NCBI GenBank assembly: GCA_963703575.1
Contig: CAVPEU010000016.1
Coordinates: 3,292-67,291, forward strand
DNA: 64,000 nt
DNA from: an uncultured Chloroflexia bacterium
Lineage (GTDB): Bacteria; Chloroflexota; Limnocylindria; Limnocylindrales; CSP1-4
Direction: 5' to 3'
Shown here: one piece after another, positions 56,560-64,000 of the stretch
Layout: every line of letters begins with the position of its first letter
Numbering within the stretch: position 1 is the first letter of the stretch
The notes under the pieces: model-generated
The model's input: the letters and a program-made list of their open reading frames with translations, nothing else
The model's database searches: none
Told to the model about the DNA's origin: nothing
Program-made: the position numbers and the translations under genes

Positions 56560-57815
56560 TGGCCGACAGGGGGGACCGCCTCGCGGTCGTCCTCGACGCG
56601 CCCGAGCTGGGCCCGGCCCGCCAGGTCGGCACGCTCGTGCGGTGGCCCGGAGCCGGCGAGCGCCGGGCGGTCTCGTTCGCCTACGACGACGCGTGGCTCA
56701 ACGGGCGGGGCGCGTTCCCGATCGACCCGCGCACGCTCCTGTTCTCGGGCGACCAGCCACTGGGGGCCGACGCCCTGCCGCCGGCGCTCCTCGACACGAC
56801 CCCCGACGCCTGGGGGCAGATGCTCCTCGCTCGCGAGAGGCACAGGCTGCCCGGCAACTGGGAGATGCTGGTCGCCGTGTCCGACGAGACGCGGATGGGG
56901 GCACTCCGGCTCGGCCAGACCTCCGACGGCCCCTTCGTCCGCGACGGCGAGCCGGCGGTGCCGCCGATGGCCTCGCTGCGCGAACTCCAGGACCTCGCCC
57001 GATGGATCGAGGACAACCCCGATGCCGAGATCGAGGATGAGCGTCTGCGCGACCTCGTGGTCCCGGGCTCGTCGCTCGGCGGGGGCCGCCCCAAGGCGAA
57101 CGTGCGCGACACCGACGGCAGCCTGTGGATCGCGAAGTTCCCGTCGCGCGAGGACCGCCGCCTCGACATCGGGGCGTGGGAGTTCGTCTACGCCAACCTC
57201 GCGAGCCAGGCCGGCATCGAGGTGGCCGACCACCGGGTGGAGGCCGTGAACGGCCCAGGGCGTGGCCGCACCTACCTCGTGCGCCGCTTCGACCGAGGGG
57301 CCGGCGGAGCTCGCCGCCTGTTCGTGTCGGCGATGACACTCACCGACCATCGCGACGGCGAGCCGGCTTCCTACCCCGACATCGCCCAGGCGATCAGCCG
57401 CTACGGCGCGGCGCGTGCGGTGAAGGCGGACCTCGCCCGGATGTTCCGCCGCCTGATGTTCAACGTGGTCGCGGGGAACCGCGACGACCACCTCCGGAAC
57501 CACGGCTTCCTGCGGGCTCCCGAGGGCTGGCGGCTCGCGCCCGCCTTCGACATGAACCCCGCCCGAGCGGCGCACCCCCACAGTCTCTCGCTCGACGGGC
57601 GCAGTGCCGGCCAGGATGTGCTCACCGCCTTCGCCACGCATGCGCTGTACGCGCTCGCGGAGCCCGACGCGCGGCGCATCCTGGGCGAGGTGGTCAGCGC
57701 CGCGACGCGCTGGGAGGCTGAGGCCGAGGCAGCGGGGATCGGCGCTGCCGAGCGGCGGATCGTCGCCCCGGCGTTCGCGGCGCTCGACGACGCCGGGACC
57801 CTCACCTCGGCGTAG
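56559..57815 (+). CDS. hipA: HipA-family kinase toxin
   Basis: PDAWG, GSSLGGGRPKA, WIAKFP, RRFDR, GNRDDHLRNHGF, LAPAFD. Confidence 0.92.
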   Translation: MADRGDRLAVVLDAPELGPARQVGTLVRWPGAGERRAVSFAYDDAWLNGRGAFPIDPRTLLFSGDQPLGADALPPALLDTTPDAWGQMLLARERHRLPGNWEMLVAVSDETRMGALRLGQTSDGPFVRDGEPAVPPMASLRELQDLARWIEDNPDAEIEDERLRDLVVPGSSLGGGRPKANVRDTDGSLWIAKFPSREDRRLDIGAWEFVYANLASQAGIEVADHRVEAVNGPGRGRTYLVRRFDRGAGGARRLFVSAMTLTDHRDGEPASYPDIAQAISRYGAARAVKADLARMFRRLMFNVVAGNRDDHLRNHGFLRAPEGWRLAPAFDMNPARAAHPHSLSLDGRSAGQDVLTAFATHALYALAEPDARRILGEVVSAATRWEAEAEAAGIGAAERRIVAPAFAALDDAGTLTSA

Positions 57816-57860
57816 CACCCGCCGCGGCCTGTTCGGCGCGATCCTGCGCGACCCCGTTCC

Positions 57861-59852
57861 TCAGAGCCCCGGGATCTGCATCGGCTCCAGGGCATCCGCC
57901 GGCGTGAACCCGAAGACCCGGCCCAGGAACGCCAGCTCTGCCCGGTACACGGCCCGCCTGGTCTCGGCCCGCCGGAAGCCGTGGCCCTCCCCCTCGAACG
58001 TCATCGCGACGTGCGGCAGGCCGCGCGCCGTGAACGCCGAGACCATCGCCTCCAGCTGGGACGGCGGCACCACCTTGTCGTCCAGGCCCTGGAACAGGAG
58101 CATCGGGGCACGGATCCGGTCCAGGAAGTGGATCGGCGAGCGGTCCCGGAAGACCTGGCGGCCTTCGGGCCACGGGGCGACCAGCCCCTCGTCGTAGCGC
58201 GACTCGAACTTGTGGCCGTCGAGGTGGATGAGCTCCAGGTCGGCGATGCCGTAGAGGCTGATGCCGGCGGCGAACACCTCGGGCCGGAACGCGAGGGCGG
58301 CGAGCGTGGTGTAGCCGCCGGCGCTGCCGCCGCGGATGGCGAGCCTCGCCGGGTCCGCGGAGCCGCGCTCGACCAGGAAGCGCGCGGCGGCGACGCAGTC
58401 CTCCACGTCGGCGATCCCCCACCGCCCCTTGAGCGCGTCGCGGTACGGGCGGCCGTAGCCGTTCGAGCCACGGTAGTCCACGTCCACCACGGCGATCCCG
58501 CGCGACGTGAAGAACGCCCGGTCCAGGGACAGCGCGGACGAGGCCGACGAGGTGGGCCCGCCGTGCGACAGCACGAGCAGCGGTGGCAGCTCGCCGTCCG
58601 GGCCGCGGAAGCGGTCGTTCGTCGGCGGGAAGAACAGGGCCCTGGCCGTGGCGCCGTCGCCGGTCGGGAAGCTGATCGGCTCCGCGTGCGGCAGGACGGC
58701 CGCGGCGATCGGCGTGGCCAGGGACCGCGCCAGGACCCCGGAGGGCTCACCGGTCCGCGGATCCAGCGCCGTCACGGTGGCGCCGTCGTGCGGCCCCGCG
58801 GCGATGACGACCGCCCGGGCCGGGCCGACCTGCAGGCTCTCGACCTCGCTGAACGGCGCCTCCACCGGCGTCACCACGCCGTCGTCCCCGATCCGGATGA
58901 AGGCGTCCGAGCCGGCGGCCCGGGCGACCGCCAGGATCGACCCGTCCGGCGCGAACCCGTACGAGGACCGGCCGAAGACCCACGCCGGGTCGCCCAGCTC
59001 CGCGTCCATGGGGGCGAGGTTGCGGGCGGCCCCGGCGAGGCCGTCCGGACCGTCCAGCGCGTACAGGTTCCACCAGCCGGTCTCGTCCGACACGTAGTGG
59101 AGCACACCGCCGGCGGACCAGGCGGGCTGGACGATGGACACGCCGGGTCCGCCGGCCACCGTGACCGCCTCACCGATCGAGCCGTCGTCGTTGATGTCGG
59201 CGACGCGCAGGCGGGTCGTGTCCCAGGGCATGTCCGGGAGATCCCATTCCAGCCAGGCGAGCCGGCGACCGTCCGGTGACGGCCGGGGCGCCGCCACGAA
59301 GTCCGGTCCCTGGACGATCACGCGGCCCGCGCCGTCCGACCCGTCCAGGGCGAGGGCGACGAGGACGTTCGCAACCGTCTCGGGCCGGTCATCGGCGGGA
59401 TCGTGCGTCTCGCGAACGGCATACAGCACCGGACGCACGGGATCGAACCGGAGATCGGCGAAGCGGTGGGGGCCGGGCGGCGTGATGGCGGTGGCCCCCG
59501 CCTCGCCCCCGGGGTCGATCCGCCACAGCTGGCCGCCGGCGAAGGAGGACGCGACGACGCGCCCGCCATCCACGACGTAGCTGCCGCCGCCGTATTCGTG
59601 GACGCGATTGCCGACGCCGAACGGCCCCGGCGTCAGCTCGCGGGTCACGCCGTCCGGCGTACGGCGCATCAGCGTGCGCCGGCCGCCCTCCGTCGCCCGG
59701 CCCTCGAGCCAGTAGACGTCGTCGCCGTCCAGCCACGGCTCCGACAGCCCCACCGCGGCCCCCGCGAGGAGCTCGACGTCGATCGGTGAGCGCCAGCTGC
59801 CGTACGGCGCCACGACGCCACCGACGTGATCGTGGTCCGCCGGCCCCGCCAT
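57861..59852 (-). CDS. S9 family peptidase (prolyl oligopeptidase/acylaminoacyl-peptidase)
   Basis: YGSWRSP, HGGPT, GGSAGG, QGLDDKVV, GEGHGF. Confidence 0.92.
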   Translation of the reverse strand: MAGPADHDHVGGVVAPYGSWRSPIDVELLAGAAVGLSEPWLDGDDVYWLEGRATEGGRRTLMRRTPDGVTRELTPGPFGVGNRVHEYGGGSYVVDGGRVVASSFAGGQLWRIDPGGEAGATAITPPGPHRFADLRFDPVRPVLYAVRETHDPADDRPETVANVLVALALDGSDGAGRVIVQGPDFVAAPRPSPDGRRLAWLEWDLPDMPWDTTRLRVADINDDGSIGEAVTVAGGPGVSIVQPAWSAGGVLHYVSDETGWWNLYALDGPDGLAGAARNLAPMDAELGDPAWVFGRSSYGFAPDGSILAVARAAGSDAFIRIGDDGVVTPVEAPFSEVESLQVGPARAVVIAAGPHDGATVTALDPRTGEPSGVLARSLATPIAAAVLPHAEPISFPTGDGATARALFFPPTNDRFRGPDGELPPLLVLSHGGPTSSASSALSLDRAFFTSRGIAVVDVDYRGSNGYGRPYRDALKGRWGIADVEDCVAAARFLVERGSADPARLAIRGGSAGGYTTLAALAFRPEVFAAGISLYGIADLELIHLDGHKFESRYDEGLVAPWPEGRQVFRDRSPIHFLDRIRAPMLLFQGLDDKVVPPSQLEAMVSAFTARGLPHVAMTFEGEGHGFRRAETRRAVYRAELAFLGRVFGFTPADALEPMQIPGL

Positions 59853-59855
59853 CGC

Positions 59856-61130
59856 TCAGGTCCCGTGCTGCCAGGAGGAGACGTACGCCAGCTGCTCGGG
59901 CGTCATCGGGTCCAGCGTGATCCCCATCGCCGCCAGCTTGAGGCGGGCCACCTCGGCGTCGATCGCCTCGGGAACCACGTACACGCGCGCCTCGAGCTCC
60001 GCGTGGTGGCGTACGACGTACTCGGCCGACAGCGCCTGGTTGGCGAAGCTCATGTCCATCACCGCCGCCGGGTGCCCTTCGGCCGCGCCCAGGTTCACCA
60101 GCCGCCCCTCGGCGATGAGGTTCAGCTTCTTGCCCCCGATGTCGAACTCCTGGACGTTGTCCCGGACCTCGCGGACGTGACCCTCGGCCATCTCGCGCAG
60201 GGCCGGCAGGTCCAGCTCGGCGTCGAAGTGGCCGGAGTTGGCCATGATCGCGCCGTCGCGCATCGCGGCGAAGTGCTCGCGCCGGAACACGTTGATGTTC
60301 CCCGTCGCCGTGATGAACAGGTCGCCCCAGGCGGCGGCCTGGCCCACGGTCATCACCTGGTAGCCGTCCATCAGGGCCTCGAGCGCGCGAACCGGGTCCA
60401 CCTCCACGACCGTGACGTGCGCGCCGTGGCCGTCCATGCGCGACGCGATCCCGCGCCCGACCCAGCCGTAGCCCGCGACGACCACGTTGCGGCCCGCGAT
60501 CAGGATGTTCGTGGCGCGCAGGATGCCGTCCAGGGTGGACTGGCCGGTCCCGTACCGGTTGTCGAACAGGTGCTTGGTCAGCGCCTCGTTGACCGCCACG
60601 ACCGGGAACGCGAGCGCGTTGTCGGCGGCCATCGCGCGCAGGCGGATGACGCCCGTCGTCGTCTCCTCGGTGCCGGCCAGCACCTCTCCCAGTTGCTGCC
60701 GCCGCTCGCTGTGGAGGAGCGTGACGAGGTCGCAGCCGTCGTCCATGGTGATCAGCGGGTGGGTGTCCGCGACGGTCCGGAGGTGCGCGTAGTAGGTGTC
60801 GCGATCCTCGCCGCGGCGGGCGTAGGTCGAGATCCCGTACTGGGCGACGAGCGCCGCCGCCGTGACGTCCTGGGTGGACAGCGGGTTGGACGCGGCCAGG
60901 TGGACCTCGGCGCCGCCCGCCTTGAGCGTGCGCATGAGGTTCGCCGTCTCGGTCGTGACGTGGAGGCACGCGCCCACCCGGATGCCCTCCAGCGGCCGCT
61001 CGCGCTCGAAGCGCTCGCGGATCAGGCGCAGCACGGGCATCTCGCGCTCGGCCCACTCGATCCGCCGAACGCCCTCGGCGGCGAGGGAGAGGTCGCTGAC
61101 ATCGTGCGGGACGAGGATGGGGTCGGTCAT
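59856..61130 (-). CDS. ahcY: Adenosylhomocysteinase
   Basis: [55 protein letters not shown]. Confidence 0.97.
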   Translation of the reverse strand: MTDPILVPHDVSDLSLAAEGVRRIEWAEREMPVLRLIRERFERERPLEGIRVGACLHVTTETANLMRTLKAGGAEVHLAASNPLSTQDVTAAALVAQYGISTYARRGEDRDTYYAHLRTVADTHPLITMDDGCDLVTLLHSERRQQLGEVLAGTEETTTGVIRLRAMAADNALAFPVVAVNEALTKHLFDNRYGTGQSTLDGILRATNILIAGRNVVVAGYGWVGRGIASRMDGHGAHVTVVEVDPVRALEALMDGYQVMTVGQAAAWGDLFITATGNINVFRREHFAAMRDGAIMANSGHFDAELDLPALREMAEGHVREVRDNVQEFDIGGKKLNLIAEGRLVNLGAAEGHPAAVMDMSFANQALSAEYVVRHHAELEARVYVVPEAIDAEVARLKLAAMGITLDPMTPEQLAYVSSWQHGT

Positions 61131-62082
61131 CTGGACTCCTCGGCGGGGCCGTCGGGCGACGGCTGGCTCGGGTGGATCGGCGGGATGGGATGTGCCTGGT
61201 CGGGGCCGGCGGGCGCCGAGAGAGCCGGGGCGCGGGAGGCGAACAGGCGCCGGATCGGGGCGGTCAGGTCCGACCACGCCGAACTCGTGCGCCGCACGAG
61301 CCGCTCCTCGAACCGGCAGTGCTCGACGTAGCCCAGCCTGCGGTAGGCGGCGATCGCGGGCGGGTTGTCCGCCCGCACGTTGAGGACGACCTCATCGCAG
61401 TAGCGCAGCAGCTCGGCCGTCACGGCCGAGGTGACGGCGGTCGCGTAGCCGCGCCCGCGGTGGGCGCTGTGGGTCAGCACGTTGCCCACGACCGCGAGCC
61501 GCGCCTCGCGCGAGATCACGTGGGTTCCGGCGGCCGAGACCAGGCGGCCGCCGACCCGGATGCCGAAGTAGACGCCCTCGGCGACGGCGCTCGAGGGAAG
61601 CCAGGCCGCGAAGCCGAGCTGGTACAGGCGGTTGAGCTCGCCCACCTCGACCGGGAGCAGGCGCTCCACGGCGGCCGGTGCGGGCTGGAACCGGGTCCGG
61701 TCCACCCACATCCGGATCATCGGCGGGCCCGGGTCCACGCGGTAATGCTGCGCGACCGCCGGCAGGGCCTCCGCGGCCGCCGCGAGGTAGGCGGCGCGCG
61801 GCCGGACGATGTCGCGGAGGATGGCGGCGATGCCGTCGTTGCGGCCCATCACGAACAACGGCTGGGGGTTGACGCCGCCGTACTCGAGGCCGACGGCGAC
61901 GACCTCGTCACCGCTCGTCGCGACGCCCCAGCGCGTCCGGGGGAACTCGCGCTCCTCAAGGTCGCAGATCGCGTAGGCCGCGAACAGGCGGTCGCGCTCC
62001 AGGAAGGCGCGCAGGAGCGCGCGGTCCGTGGTGGACCGGGCGACGACGCCCCGGCTCCGCTCGCCGACGGCCACGGTAGCCA

Positions 62083-62083
<1 letters not shown>
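61127..62083 (-). CDS. GNAT family N-acetyltransferase (FR47-like)
   Basis: [35 protein letters not shown]; overlaps both neighbours. Confidence 0.88.
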
Positions 62084-63576
<1,493 letters not shown>

Positions 63577-63632
63577 CGGGACGGCGGGGCGACCGGACGG
63601 ACCGCGCGGCTGGATCGCGCGCTGCCGGGCGG

Positions 63633-64000
63633 TCAGTACCGGACGACGCTCGTGACCTTGCGGCCGTCGAGACGGTCGCGGCCCTTGAGGAACTCGAGCT
63701 CCACGAGGAACGCGAGGCCGACCACGACGCCCTTGAGCCGCTCCACGAGCTCGATCGTGCCGCGCACGGTGCCGCCGGTGGCGAGCAGGTCGTCCACGAT
63801 CAGCACCCGCTGGCCGGGCGCGATGGCGTCGCGGTGGATCTCGAGCGTGTTCGAGCCGTATTCCAGCGCGTACTCCACGGTCAGGGTCTCGGCCGGCAGC
63901 TTGCCCAGCTTCCGAACGGGGACCAGCCCCGTCCCCAGCAGGTAGGCCATCGGCGCCGAGAAGATGAAGCCCCGCGACTCCATGCCCACGACGATGTCCA
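63633..64000 (-). CDS. apt: Adenine phosphoribosyltransferase (partial; start beyond window)
   Basis: [31 protein letters not shown]. Confidence 0.96.
   Translation of the reverse strand, partial: DIVVGMESRGFIFSAPMAYLLGTGLVPVRKLGKLPAETLTVEYALEYGSNTLEIHRDAIAPGQRVLIVDDLLATGGTVRGTIELVERLKGVVVGLAFLVELEFLKGRDRLDGRKVTSVVRY

Overview
Very GC-rich bacterial chromosome segment, probably Chloroflexota (inferred from the small SWIM protein and the gene neighbourhoods). The core blocks are thrC-hom / trpS-AI-2E-surE; two COG1233 flavoproteins and a kinase-M23-aminotransferase fusion; a GcvT-like aminomethyltransferase and an M20 hydrolase; a riboswitch-controlled cobalamin ABC importer; and a SAM/purine salvage block (apt, mtnA-like, GNAT, ahcY, metK). 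A ~21-kb accessory/defence island (12.2-33.3 kb) carries a type III restriction-modification system with Fic and HipBA genes between res and mod, plus VapBC. It also holds a nested structure the ORF track hides. A minus-strand HTH + nucleotidyltransferase (AbiE/type-IV-TA-like) gene pair has been split twice. The first insertion is a 1765-bp element without a transposase, bounded by ~38-bp terminal inverted repeats and carrying its own promoter and an NTase + winged-helix pair. The second is an ~8.35-kb block with tRNA-Gly(CCC), a dead integrase and a sugar-acid catabolic operon. A second accessory block (c-di-GMP signalling + HipBA) lies between metK and the S9 peptidase/ahcY genes. The many single-base frameshifts at 16.8-28.6 kb may be decay or sequencing error.
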